Shown one piece after another: positions 1 through 9,551 of a stretch of DNA of 58,353 nt. This DNA is from a virus (Duplodnaviria; Caudoviricetes), in IMG/VR virus record IMGVR_UViG_3300047300_000852, positions 1-58,353 of that record; one strand, given 5' to 3'. A program made the translations under genes and the position numbers. The first letter of the stretch is position 1; each line of letters starts with the position of its first letter. The notes under the pieces were generated by a model that saw nothing but the letters and a program-made list of their open reading frames with translations, made no database searches and was not told the origin of the DNA.

Positions 1-300
1 AACCTCAGATTAGGTGAGTGGCACGCAGGCATGTTGACCTACGCAGGCTTGATCTTAACACTAGCGGAGCGTGTCCAAGGACCAAGTTGTCATAGTGGGA
101 CAGAGCTTGGATTTTTTGTGAGTTACCGCTAGGACCGATCAATATAGGGAGTTGAACCCCGTTCCTTGTCGCTGGATCGTCACTCCAACTTGCACCGCCT
201 AACGGCGGGCTACCTGCCTGCGGAATGGTCCGCAGTTGCTTGCTCCGAAAGACTCAACACCACGCGCACCCGCTGACAGCACTACCAAGATTTTCATCCG
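1..300 (-). ncRNA. Highly structured non-coding region, probably continuous with 58305-58353 across a circular junction
   Basis: No ORF. Nested stems: 49-54/137-142, 61-67/126-132, 82-86/106-110, 195-199/204-208, 218-224/229-235. 71-80 is the perfect reverse complement of 58327-58336. Strand inferred from genome polarity. Confidence 0.55.
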
Positions 301-326
301 AGATTTGTCCCGTTCTAGCTTGTGGC

Positions 327-355
327 TTGATTTTCAATCGAAGCATCGCTAAAAT
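327..355 (+). promoter_or_regulatory. Sigma70-type promoter for a small antisense RNA
   Basis: TTGATT (327-332), 17-nt spacer, TAAAAT (350-355). Confidence 0.7.
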
Positions 356-361
356 CTCGGC

Positions 362-430
362 AACTGATTAACGGGGGAGTCCGCGAATCAAATAGCCTCG
401 CAGGGGTTAAACCTTGCGGGGTTTTTTTGT
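362..430 (+). ncRNA. ~70-nt antisense sRNA
   Basis: Bounded by the promoter at 327-355 and an intrinsic terminator at 395-430; no ORF; opposite to genome polarity. Confidence 0.6.
395..430 (+). terminator. Rho-independent terminator
   Basis: GCCTCGCAGGG-GTTAAA-CCTTGCGGGGT hairpin followed by a T run. Confidence 0.8.
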
Positions 431-562
431 TTCATGGCCCGTAAACCAATCACCTGAGGTCCGAGGAGTTCCAATCCTCGAAGTACGGTATCATAACGCC
501 ACCGGCCCGGAAGTTTCCACCCCCGAGCCGGTAATTTCTTAAAATCGCTTTGCAGCCCCAAT

Positions 563-1555
563 TCAGGCCATTAGCCGCGAGTATTCTGCATCAATGGGCT
601 CCAAGCCTTGCACGCCCACCAATGCGTAGGAATCGCGTTCCTTGAGCCATAATCGAAGCGAGCTTTCTGGGATGCGAACCACCGAACCAGAAAACATCTT
701 GTCGATTCGGTGGTCAGGCCGACAGAATCCACCGCGATAGTAGTACCACCACGAATTAACCATGTCGAACCACCAGTTCGAACCGTCGAAAAACTGCCCT
801 ATGATTGCCGTCGAATGCCCGCCTCCATTGCTGATCGACTTTGCCACGCCGCGTGAATCTAGGTCTTTTGACGGGTGGACCATGCCGCAGATATTTATCG
901 GGGTCAGGTTCGTCAGTGCTGCTTTCACTTCCTCTACCGTTTGAATCAACGGAGTACTCTGGATCGGTCGCAACCTTGCAACGTCCTCCATCTTCCCCGG
1001 CACTCCGTCGCGCGATGCAGTCCAGGCCATCGCATTCTTTTCGTCAGCTTTCATCGTCTTGAGCCACGTGTCCCCGTCTTTCGGATTGTCATCGTGTCCA
1101 AGTTCCCGGTACGTCACGCAGCCGTACTGGGTCATCCATTGAGCCGCCCAGCTTCCGACCGATCCTTCCCACGTTCCGGGCCGCTTGCCAATCTCAACGC
1201 GTGATCCAGCATAGATCGGAGCAACAGCCACCCGACCGGGAAACCGTAGGCCAGACAGCAACGAACTGATCCCGAGTACCACGGTCGCAATAAACGCGTG
1301 CGACTGACCTACGCAGGTGCCCCACTCTTGGTACTGCGGATAAAACTTGTAGTTCGCCCCATAGAGTGACTGCATCCCCATCACAGCGTACCGCCCAAGA
1401 AATACGTTCTTCGAGGGTTCGCGGTCCATCACGTTAGGCGCAGCCACAGCGTAAACCGGTGCACTGGATCCCGCCGCTAACTGCTTCGCATGTGCTCGAT
1501 CGTGAAACGCCCCGTTCAAATCTTCCTTAAGGTATTTATCCCAAATCGGCATCAC
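563..1555 (-). CDS. Papain-like (C1 family) cysteine peptidase
   Basis: Q..GTCVGQS, GGHS and NSW match the Gln/Cys/His/Asn papain motifs. Confidence 0.85.
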   Translation of the reverse strand: MMPIWDKYLKEDLNGAFHDRAHAKQLAAGSSAPVYAVAAPNVMDREPSKNVFLGRYAVMGMQSLYGANYKFYPQYQEWGTCVGQSHAFIATVVLGISSLLSGLRFPGRVAVAPIYAGSRVEIGKRPGTWEGSVGSWAAQWMTQYGCVTYRELGHDDNPKDGDTWLKTMKADEKNAMAWTASRDGVPGKMEDVARLRPIQSTPLIQTVEEVKAALTNLTPINICGMVHPSKDLDSRGVAKSISNGGGHSTAIIGQFFDGSNWWFDMVNSWWYYYRGGFCRPDHRIDKMFSGSVVRIPESSLRLWLKERDSYALVGVQGLEPIDAEYSRLMA

Positions 1556-2145
1556 GCACCTACCTTTTCCAAAGAGTCAGCTATAGCATTGAGAAACGCT
1601 TGGTGAGACTTCACCGATCCATCAATCTTCCCGGCATCGCGTAGGCGTCGAATCTCACGCATCAGTTCGATGTTGAATAGCCCCCAGTTCGCCCAGCCAA
1701 GACGCCCTATACGCTGTTCAACCTCACCCCGCAGAACGTCGTCAATCTTCGCTACGTCGGTGATCTCAGCCTTGGCTGTTTCCCTCAGTGCCTCAACGTA
1801 TTTTGGCTTGTCTGCACCTACATCATCCGAGGCAACCAGGGTCAGCCAAGTGGAAACGTTTCCAGTTTGGTCGTCCACCAGCACCGCATCAGGCTTGGTG
1901 TTTTCGCGGTCTTTGAGCAACGGCGCCAAGTAGGGCAAGATCGTAAACAGCGCGAGAATTCCAATACCCACAGCGTACCAATCCACCGCCCAGCCGTTCA
2001 TTTCCGCAACGTTGCTTTTTTTGCGTCGTCGCTTCTTCGGTGGAGTCGGTTCGGGTTCAGGCTTCGGTCGAGGTCGCTTCGGTCGCTTCGGTTTTACTTC
2101 CGGCTTGGTATCCGGTGCCGGTGCCGGTTCAGTTTCATCAGCCAT
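1552..2145 (-). CDS. Single-pass membrane protein with Pro/Lys-rich N-terminus
   Basis: Hydrophobic segment YAVGIGILALFTILPYLAPLL; ATGA overlap with the next gene. Confidence 0.7.
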   Translation of the reverse strand: MADETEPAPAPDTKPEVKPKRPKRPRPKPEPEPTPPKKRRRKKSNVAEMNGWAVDWYAVGIGILALFTILPYLAPLLKDRENTKPDAVLVDDQTGNVSTWLTLVASDDVGADKPKYVEALRETAKAEITDVAKIDDVLRGEVEQRIGRLGWANWGLFNIELMREIRRLRDAGKIDGSVKSHQAFLNAIADSLEKVGA

Positions 2146-2176
2146 AGTTCACCAATTTTCGTAACGTTACTTTTTT

Positions 2177-2419
2177 CTACTCATCGCCGTAGGTCTGATC
2201 GACGAGCTTACCCTTGAGCCAAGCGATTAACTGCTTAATTGCCCAACTCAGCAAGATGGAAAACAAAATGCTCGCAGGGTCAAAACGCATGACCATACGA
2301 GCATTCAATTCTTTAATCGCTTCGTCCTCAGTCAAACCCATCTCAACGATGGATCGAACTTCTTGCATCACTCGCCGCCGTTGCCTTAGCGGAAAACCTA
2401 GCCGCTGACGCCTTGCCAT
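2177..2419 (-). CDS. Small membrane-associated protein
   Basis: GAGG RBS; C-terminal hydrophobic/amphipathic helix. Confidence 0.65.
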   Translation of the reverse strand: MARRQRLGFPLRQRRRVMQEVRSIVEMGLTEDEAIKELNARMVMRFDPASILFSILLSWAIKQLIAWLKGKLVDQTYGDE

Positions 2420-2663
2420 ACTCTACCTCAGTTAGCCATAAGGCCACCACTAACACGAGCGCGAGCACCCCGCCAACGACAGGATAAAACAGGCCCGCAC
2501 ACGCTACCGCACCGGATATCCATCCTAGCACACTTTTAACCGATTGCTTCAAGTGCGAACACTGCTTGCCGCACTCGCACAACTTCGTCACCGCAACGTA
2601 GCAAAGTAAGATCACGGCCAACCGGCCAACCAACTGAACGATGAGCCAAGTGGATTCAGCCAT
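2343..2663 (-). CDS. Multi-pass membrane protein (lysis block)
   Basis: 2-3 hydrophobic segments; start moved to the ATG at 2663. Confidence 0.5.
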   Translation of the reverse strand: MAESTWLIVQLVGRLAVILLCYVAVTKLCECGKQCSHLKQSVKSVLGWISGAVACAGLFYPVVGGVLALVLVVALWLTEVEYGKASAARFSAKATAASDARSSIHR

Positions 2664-2979
2664 TTTCCTGTGCAAACCTTGCCGCACGCCGATTGATAAA
2701 CTTAATCAGCCGCCAGCCAACTAAGCCGGTCACGAAGGCCGATATCATTTCCGCATCCGCGCGATTGATGCGGTCTAATACTTTATCCGACAGCAGGAAA
2801 GCTTCGGCAAGTGAAATTGCCAACGGTGCACAAAACACCGCAGCCACCCAACCACAGAACAACCGCTTCGTCACGGAAGCAGTTGGGTCAGGTTCAGACG
2901 TTAAGACAGAGACCAACGATCCAGCGGCCCCAGCCTGTAAACGTGTGACAATTTCAGCCGACAAAAAAAGCAGGTCCAT
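2656..2979 (-). CDS. Putative holin
   Basis: 107 aa, about three TM segments, basic C-terminus, AGGAG RBS, late promoter upstream. Confidence 0.6.
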   Translation of the reverse strand: MDLLFLSAEIVTRLQAGAAGSLVSVLTSEPDPTASVTKRLFCGWVAAVFCAPLAISLAEAFLLSDKVLDRINRADAEMISAFVTGLVGWRLIKFINRRAARFAQENG

Positions 2980-2997
2980 TCTTGCGCTCCTGCGAGA

Positions 2998-3021
2998 ATG
3001 ATACTCAACCTTCGCCCACTA
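2998..3021 (-). promoter_or_regulatory. Late-class promoter (TAGTGGGCRA-N8-TAnnnT)
   Basis: TAGTGGGCGA-AGGTTGAG-TATCAT upstream of the holin. Confidence 0.7.
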
Positions 3022-3987
3022 TATTCCCCACTTAGTGAGCACCTGCCTCGCATGGGACAGCTTGTCTTTCGAGGTCGCAAGGTGAGCTATCTTTGCCTCA
3101 CCGAGCTTTTGCCAGAATCCTGGGAAGTAGAATTGCCAGTTGTATCGAGAATCCAATAGTTCGTAGTCCATCTTCAAAACGGCTTGCTCTGCGTAGACCT
3201 GCTCTGCGGTTTGCGTGATCGGAAGCGTTCTCGGCGGATCATCCCATACCGCAGCCGCATCGCTTCGAGTGTACACCACGCCCGTATTAAAACAGGTCGG
3301 CGGGTCAATCATTTCGATACTCAAGGCTTTGCCGATTCTGTTGCGCTCCTGCGATATCCATTCGGTCCGATACAGGTAGCTAAAATCATCATGGATCGCA
3401 ACTGACTTAGACCTACCGAATAGGCTTTCGCAATCCGGATGAACCAAGCAATCAGCATCCAAGAAAAGCACCTCATCATATTGCCCGATGAAATGCCGCG
3501 TTCGAAACTTTTCGAATCCCCACCACGGTTCGGTAATGTTGTTCAAAACGATGAAGTCAGCTTCGCACTTGTCCGCGTACGATTGCAATAGAGGCCCGGT
3601 AATCGACAGCAAGTCAGCAAAGGTCTTACCAGTCGCAATCGTAACGACGCAACGTGTACGGCTTGTTTGCGGCCTCAGATGACGCCACAGTGTCAAGGCT
3701 TCTTCAATGGAAACGTTTCCACTTCCAATCTTGTCATTCACCCGGTTATGCAACTCAACACCTGATGCAAAAAACGCTTCTGGACTCGAGTAGTCCCAGT
3801 CGAAGGTTTTAAGGATTTCATCGTACCCAGCACGGCATTGGCACCCAGCCGACGGAATGTACTTTTCCCATGATGCAATGAACTCAGGCGTATTAATTTC
3901 GCTCAGGTGAAGTCTTGACCACACAGGCAACGGAATAAGTCCACGACCTTGAGTCTCTACCTTGCGTCCATTCACTTTAATAATCAA
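3019..3987 (-). CDS. Erv1/Alr-like sulfhydryl oxidase domain fused to a GT-A (GT8-like) glycosyltransferase
   Basis: N-term W..LH...IPSAGCQCR..Y...VELHNRVNDKIG...SIEEA..LW; C-term FLDAD, FNTGV, EQ, YNW, IAH motifs. Confidence 0.75.
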   Translation of the reverse strand: MIIKVNGRKVETQGRGLIPLPVWSRLHLSEINTPEFIASWEKYIPSAGCQCRAGYDEILKTFDWDYSSPEAFFASGVELHNRVNDKIGSGNVSIEEALTLWRHLRPQTSRTRCVVTIATGKTFADLLSITGPLLQSYADKCEADFIVLNNITEPWWGFEKFRTRHFIGQYDEVLFLDADCLVHPDCESLFGRSKSVAIHDDFSYLYRTEWISQERNRIGKALSIEMIDPPTCFNTGVVYTRSDAAAVWDDPPRTLPITQTAEQVYAEQAVLKMDYELLDSRYNWQFYFPGFWQKLGEAKIAHLATSKDKLSHARQVLTKWGI

Positions 3988-5090
3988 GTTGGATAGTACT
4001 CCCAGACTTCACCAAGATCGATCGGAAACGTAGCCTTCGTAGAAACGCACGTTGCCGTAGTGTATGGGCTTCCAAGTCCAATGCAATCGAACGGGTCATT
4101 ATCATCAGGGCATAGCAACTCGACTTCGATATCATCAACATCAGGGTCAGCGGTACACTTGAAGTACGAATCCATCCACACCGGACCAGCGGCACCATCT
4201 ACAACCTTATTGCTGACTGGCACATCCCAATACGTACAGCACTCAGGCATATTTTTAGGTGCTGACAATCGAAAGAAAATATCCTCGCTGCCCGGTGTCG
4301 TTTTTAGCGTGTACTCGACTAGGCTTCTAGCAACTTGGTATTCTTGGACCGCCGAATAGCTTGTGGCCCACGGTGACGGACTTGCACCAGAATTGAACGT
4401 GTACACTTCATCCACGGTCGGAAGCGTAATCGAACTACAAGGGACTCCATCAGGGAACGTGAATGTCGGCGCACCGGTATACGTCGCAGTCTCAACCACG
4501 AACACGAACTTCATCCTGGCGGTGATCAAGTAAGCGCACGTATCGATCTGCCCGTATGGTGGATCATAGGTGCACGCCTCGTTGTCCTTGCGGCATCGCA
4601 TGACGTTGAGCACCATTTCACAGGGCACCGCACGAATACGCGCGAACTCTCGTATCTTCTTGCAAATCGGCAAGCCGCTGAACGTGCCTGAACAAACGCT
4701 ATCACGAATGATCTTCCAGGGGCTTACAACGGCAGCATCAGACATTGGACCACTCAAGCAGTTGTAGCCCTCGTACGGGTAGCCTTCGTAGTGATAGCCG
4801 TAGTCATAGCCGTAATCAAACCCGCGCTCGGATCGGTATTCCAGCAAGCAAATCCGGTCCGTATGAGCAGCGTCAACATCGGGCGGATTCTGAAACGGAA
4901 CTAGGTACGGGACACGCTCAAGATAAAACTTCAAACCAGCAAAAAAACCGGTCGGAAACTCCCAAGTTATACGAGCCTTCGGTGATCGGTCTGGATCGAT
5001 GATATCCTCAAAGTATCCAGGCATCTCGCGAAGTTCTTTTGAGCCACAGCAACAGCACCGAGCGCAGTTATCCTTGCATGTCACTGGCAA
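3984..5090 (-). CDS. Cys-rich distal tail / receptor-binding protein candidate
   Basis: About 21 Cys including CCCC; at the end of the tail module. Confidence 0.55.
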   Translation of the reverse strand: MPVTCKDNCARCCCCGSKELREMPGYFEDIIDPDRSPKARITWEFPTGFFAGLKFYLERVPYLVPFQNPPDVDAAHTDRICLLEYRSERGFDYGYDYGYHYEGYPYEGYNCLSGPMSDAAVVSPWKIIRDSVCSGTFSGLPICKKIREFARIRAVPCEMVLNVMRCRKDNEACTYDPPYGQIDTCAYLITARMKFVFVVETATYTGAPTFTFPDGVPCSSITLPTVDEVYTFNSGASPSPWATSYSAVQEYQVARSLVEYTLKTTPGSEDIFFRLSAPKNMPECCTYWDVPVSNKVVDGAAGPVWMDSYFKCTADPDVDDIEVELLCPDDNDPFDCIGLGSPYTTATCVSTKATFPIDLGEVWEYYPT

Positions 5091-5740
5091 ATCTCCTCAG
5101 CAAGCCACTTGTTGCCAATCCTAGTAAGCTCGACCCATGTATCAGTCTGGATCGGATCGATCGACATATTACCAGCCTGAACAGTACCCATCCCCTCCGA
5201 ATCGCTCCAGTCAACCAGTTGATCGTTCGTATTTACGTTGTATACCTCAACTTCACGGAACGATAGCTGCAACCCAACACGCCCTGGAATCGGTGCGAGT
5301 GTTTTACCGATTCGAACATCCGCTTTGCCGTGATACGGTTCGACGATGTAGATTCCATGATTCGCTTCAACGTGTGGGTTCGTAGGGTCTTTACATAGGA
5401 TGCGAAAACACGAACCTAACTCACCGAGCCTCAGATTTCCAAGCGGTCCAACAATCGTTCCCGACGGCAAGTCAGTAGAAGGTTGATATACGCGAGCCTG
5501 ACACGGCATGTCCCTCGTTCCGGTCCCGTACTCTTGATCGGCCACAGGCAAGATTGAATTGAACAACCACGCGCCAGGTTCTTGAATATCAACATCGATC
5601 TGACTTCCGATATCGATTGAGTAAATCATTTCATTGAGTTGGACCGTAGCACCAGTGATCTTCACTGGAGCAAACGGAGGTATTTCCACGCCCGTATCGT
5701 TAAAAAACGAAACGTATTTTATTTTGTCAATAAACACCAT
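5081..5740 (-). CDS. Tail protein (hypothetical)
   Basis: Position in the tail operon; coupled to neighbours. Confidence 0.6.
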   Translation of the reverse strand: MVFIDKIKYVSFFNDTGVEIPPFAPVKITGATVQLNEMIYSIDIGSQIDVDIQEPGAWLFNSILPVADQEYGTGTRDMPCQARVYQPSTDLPSGTIVGPLGNLRLGELGSCFRILCKDPTNPHVEANHGIYIVEPYHGKADVRIGKTLAPIPGRVGLQLSFREVEVYNVNTNDQLVDWSDSEGMGTVQAGNMSIDPIQTDTWVELTRIGNKWLAEEICQ

Positions 5741-5741
5741 A

Positions 5742-7568
5742 TCACGGCCCCCCGCTTACCTTACGTTGCTTGCTTGCTCGGATCGCAGCCGCGTTGCTTA
5801 TCAACTTCGTTCGATGAGCCATACCGGCCATAATCGCCTTACCAGTCTGCAAAACGTATGCGGGTGAGAACAATGGATTTTCCTTTTGCCACTGTACTGA
5901 AGTCGTGCACCGTCCATCCTCATCACGCCGGAATGTAACTGACGAAATGCGTCCATCCGTGTTGATATCGAAGCAGAAGCCCATCATCGGAATAGTTGCT
6001 GATTCAATCATTCGCTTGCCTGACAAATAACGCGCCGTGTATGCAGTCGTGTACTCAGCGTACTTTTGAAAATCAGGCTTGAACGCTTGATCTCTCCAAA
6101 CGCTGATATCCATATCCGTCACGCGTACCTTCTCACTTACCCCAGGCGCAGCGTATGGGCTATTGATCGCAACGGGCATCACGTACCGCAAGTACTCGCG
6201 ATTCGATTTCTTCCGAAGGTAGTTGAACGCTCGCATCACAAGCTTACCAGGGTAGTACGTGTTTTTCTGTACAGCGCCTGCTTGATTGCGATTGATAAAC
6301 ACCAAGGCATCACGCGTCTTGATGATTTCATTTCTTGGGTCAAAATCAACCTCTCCATCGTACGCAAAATTCACATTCAATGGATTCAGGCCGCGTGCCT
6401 GTTGATCAGTGAACGCGTGAAACTCCGTCCCGTCCATCTGATGCGTTATCGGTTGAACGTTGTAATTGTTAACCCTGCCAATCGTCAAATTTGCGAAGTA
6501 TCCATAGATGTTTGCACCGTAGGTAGAGTGAAACTCGACTTGCTCATCCAGTGGATCGATGAAGTCATCAGCAACGAATGGTACTCCTCCAATATCACGG
6601 AATGCAAGTTTCACCGGGTCTTTCAGTGGGTACTTAACCCTCCACGTTTTGAAGATAGTACGCCTTGCTAATTCCCGATGCTGCTTGTTAGGGATCCTGT
6701 TAAACATCGGAGGGTCAGCAAGAGTCCAGTCAATCGCTCCGTTTGCATCAAGTGGTCCGTAGCTTAGCTGTCGCAACGGTATAAGCTCTGAGCTTGGGCC
6801 ATTTGCGTACCACTGATACCCTACAGCCTCTAGCACGAAGTCATTGCAGAAATGTACCGGAAACTCGAAAAGCAACTGCGAAGGCACTACAGGCGGTGTT
6901 TTCGAAACCGTGTAATCCATCACCCTCGCATCGGTCGGACGTTCTCGCCCGTATCCAGGCCCCCACAAACGCACCTTGTCATCCCATCCGATGTGCAATT
7001 GCATCTGAGACGCAGCTAACGACTCCTCGATGCACTGCGCCGAGTCTCGACCGTCAAAATGAAACTCCATCGACTCCACTGGATAAACGTTGATCAAGTC
7101 TCCGTTCTGGTCGTACTGTGGAGTTACGAACGCATCCATCGGCATGGCACCAGCTAGACCATCACCCGCCGATGCAAGCAAGTCACGAATGACTTCGTAA
7201 TAACTGGTATTAAGCTTCAAGCGGTAAATATTGTTACTGTACTTTGCATGGCCGGGATTGCCCCAGGCGTACTTATACTTCCACAACCACCGCCGATCTT
7301 CAAACTGAACCGTTCGAAATCTTCCACCAGTTCCGCCCGTTATGTCCTCACGAACAACCCTACAGTTCGGCAACCGAATGAAGTTGTCACCGTACCAAAC
7401 CTCAATATCCCCGTACTGCGGAAACGTTGCGCCTAGAACGAAGTCAGCACGAATGATATCTGGCTGCGTCGATCCCGATCGCGTAACCTCGAATGCTCCA
7501 TCAGCCCATACACCGGCATAACGCAGCTTGCCCTGAGGGTACTTGCCGATCGGGTAGTAATTAACCAT
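5742..7568 (-). CDS. Tail tip / baseplate hub-like protein
   Basis: 608 aa, downstream of the tape measure gene. Confidence 0.6.
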   Translation of the reverse strand: MVNYYPIGKYPQGKLRYAGVWADGAFEVTRSGSTQPDIIRADFVLGATFPQYGDIEVWYGDNFIRLPNCRVVREDITGGTGGRFRTVQFEDRRWLWKYKYAWGNPGHAKYSNNIYRLKLNTSYYEVIRDLLASAGDGLAGAMPMDAFVTPQYDQNGDLINVYPVESMEFHFDGRDSAQCIEESLAASQMQLHIGWDDKVRLWGPGYGRERPTDARVMDYTVSKTPPVVPSQLLFEFPVHFCNDFVLEAVGYQWYANGPSSELIPLRQLSYGPLDANGAIDWTLADPPMFNRIPNKQHRELARRTIFKTWRVKYPLKDPVKLAFRDIGGVPFVADDFIDPLDEQVEFHSTYGANIYGYFANLTIGRVNNYNVQPITHQMDGTEFHAFTDQQARGLNPLNVNFAYDGEVDFDPRNEIIKTRDALVFINRNQAGAVQKNTYYPGKLVMRAFNYLRKKSNREYLRYVMPVAINSPYAAPGVSEKVRVTDMDISVWRDQAFKPDFQKYAEYTTAYTARYLSGKRMIESATIPMMGFCFDINTDGRISSVTFRRDEDGRCTTSVQWQKENPLFSPAYVLQTGKAIMAGMAHRTKLISNAAAIRASKQRKVSGGP

Positions 7569-8799
7569 TGATCGTCACTCCAACGCCTAGATCAAGCTCA
7601 ACATCCGCAAGCCGACAAGCCTGCAACACAACGCCCGCTGTGAATGTTACCTTGTCCAATGGATCAAGCAACGTTCCGCCTGCGTAGAGGTCACAAGCTG
7701 CTACCGTTTTCGTGGTGCCAACTCGCCCGAAGTTGATCGAACCGCCTTGCTCAACGTGTAGCTTCGTCGTGATGCCTGCCGAGGAATCCCAGTCAACCCC
7801 CGACTGCGAAGATACTTTGACCGTAGCAATCTGCGATGCCTTCGCCACCGTGACGCGTGAAGCATTGCGAGCAATCAACGTTGTGGCGTTGCCCTCAAGT
7901 AGCAGCACTCCACCGTAGATCGTAGCAGTTGTCACCGTGATATTCGATTCACTTTTCACCGATGGACCACCGGCAAAATTATCCCGCTGAATTACATCGA
8001 GGGTGGAAACGTTTCCACTTGATGCCGCCGTAATCACCAGCCCACCAGCATACGAACGCACCGTCGAACCAGCACCAGGATTGCGAAGTTCGTAGGGGTA
8101 TTGCACCCCTGAGTTCTGCCCGGAATTGATCAGGGAGTACGTTACGTTCGATCCAACCACATCGAGCCGAATGCGCCCTGAGAATGTACCCGGACCATAC
8201 CCAAGCGTTACCGTGATCGCTGAGCCACTTCCCAGGGTTAAATGATTCGTGCGGTACTCTGAGTACCCGAGGCTGTTCGTATCCGCTAACCCGATCTCCC
8301 CGGTGAACGATGCGTCAACCGTCAAGCTAGCGTAGTTGTTCGTATCGGTCAGCCCATACAGGATCGAAACGCTGGTATCCGCCACGATCAAGTCATCTGC
8401 CGCGCTCGGCAATGTCGCTGCGTCCCAGTTTGCCGCGACGTTCCAAAAGTTCGGACCACTAGCTGAGGTAGGCTGACTCACTGTAGCAGTTCCGGTCGTA
8501 GCCGTTGCCGTTACGGTGATCGGCACACCTGCTACCGCTGCGGTAAGTTGCAAGCCCGATAGCGTCGGATCCTCTCGCCTGGCTGCAACCATTTCCCGGT
8601 GCTCTGGTTCTGCTGATGAGTTCCACGCGTTGACCAGCGAATCGATCAGGTCACCGAGCGAAGTCGTAGCCGCTGTAATGCTGACCGTCTTACCATTGAT
8701 CGCTACCGAGTATGTATTCGTGGCAACGATCGAAGAAAAAACAACCTTCGTAATTTGTGCGACCGATGCCGCTTTGCCAACCCATCGCTTAGTTGCCAT
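7561..8799 (-). CDS. Minor tail protein, beta-rich
   Basis: Thr/Gly/Ala-rich beta-helix-like sequence; SGPNFWNVAANW motif; position. Confidence 0.6.
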   Translation of the reverse strand: MATKRWVGKAASVAQITKVVFSSIVATNTYSVAINGKTVSITAATTSLGDLIDSLVNAWNSSAEPEHREMVAARREDPTLSGLQLTAAVAGVPITVTATATTGTATVSQPTSASGPNFWNVAANWDAATLPSAADDLIVADTSVSILYGLTDTNNYASLTVDASFTGEIGLADTNSLGYSEYRTNHLTLGSGSAITVTLGYGPGTFSGRIRLDVVGSNVTYSLINSGQNSGVQYPYELRNPGAGSTVRSYAGGLVITAASSGNVSTLDVIQRDNFAGGPSVKSESNITVTTATIYGGVLLLEGNATTLIARNASRVTVAKASQIATVKVSSQSGVDWDSSAGITTKLHVEQGGSINFGRVGTTKTVAACDLYAGGTLLDPLDKVTFTAGVVLQACRLADVELDLGVGVTING

Positions 8800-9533
8800 T
8801 ATCGCCTCACGTTGCTTCTGTTAGGTAAACCGAATAGGGGTGCATGATACTCGAACCGATACTCCCACGAGATGCGGTAATGCGTATCCGCTCGCTCTGA
8901 CTTGTACTGAGGGCCGTTTAGCGTCACGTTCGGGGCACTCATCAGTGCGAAAGGCCAGATAGGTTCAGGGGCGTCTGGGTGGGCAAGCAAGCCGACCGCA
9001 AAGCCGGATTGAACATACTTCCACACCTTGTTCTGAAACGCTATCTGACGCTCTGGAAGATTCACCGCACCGCCAACGTAAACGTGATGCAATCCCCCTG
9101 GATCGCGGGTGATCTCCTCCTCGAACTCAAGTAGGTCGGACCCTTTGCCAACACGTTGAACCGCCTCGAACACAGCACGATAGGCAACGCCTGTTGCGTA
9201 CACTTCCTTCTCATTTGCCGGGAATGAATAGTCGATCAAAAATGGTCCCTGTAACAATGCTCCAGGGTTCAGTTCAAACGCTGTCGGCGTGTTGGTCGTA
9301 TCCTCGAGTAATGCCAAGTACGGCTCGTTCGAAGTGAAAGCTTGTTCGAGGGTTCGTATCTCGGCGGTAGTCAGTCCCTGCGTTGCGATAGGGTAGTTCA
9401 CCACTCGACCCGTAACGTCCCAACGTATTTTCATCGCCTCTACTCGTCGCGTATAGTTGTAGACCGGCGAATAACTAGGTACGACCACCGCTTCATTATT
9501 TGGCCTGATTACTGATCCTACTCGGAGTCTCAT
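8799..9533 (-). CDS. Distal tail (Dit-like) protein
   Basis: Immediately after the tape measure gene; size. Confidence 0.55.
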   Translation of the reverse strand: MRLRVGSVIRPNNEAVVVPSYSPVYNYTRRVEAMKIRWDVTGRVVNYPIATQGLTTAEIRTLEQAFTSNEPYLALLEDTTNTPTAFELNPGALLQGPFLIDYSFPANEKEVYATGVAYRAVFEAVQRVGKGSDLLEFEEEITRDPGGLHHVYVGGAVNLPERQIAFQNKVWKYVQSGFAVGLLAHPDAPEPIWPFALMSAPNVTLNGPQYKSERADTHYRISWEYRFEYHAPLFGLPNRSNVRR

Positions 9534-9551
9534 TGCTACCTCACTGATCCC

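Noticed and set aside
147-160. GGGGTTCAACTCCC T-arm-like hairpin as a tRNA
   Set aside because: No acceptor, D or anticodon arm could be built around it
494-521. CGGTGGCGTT as a ninth middle promoter
   Set aside because: The upstream TACT element is missing at the fixed spacing; it lies in a hairpin with a degenerate class A site
3984-8799. Diversity-generating retroelement acting on tail genes
   Set aside because: No reverse transcriptase (YxDD) ORF and no template/variable repeat pair noticed
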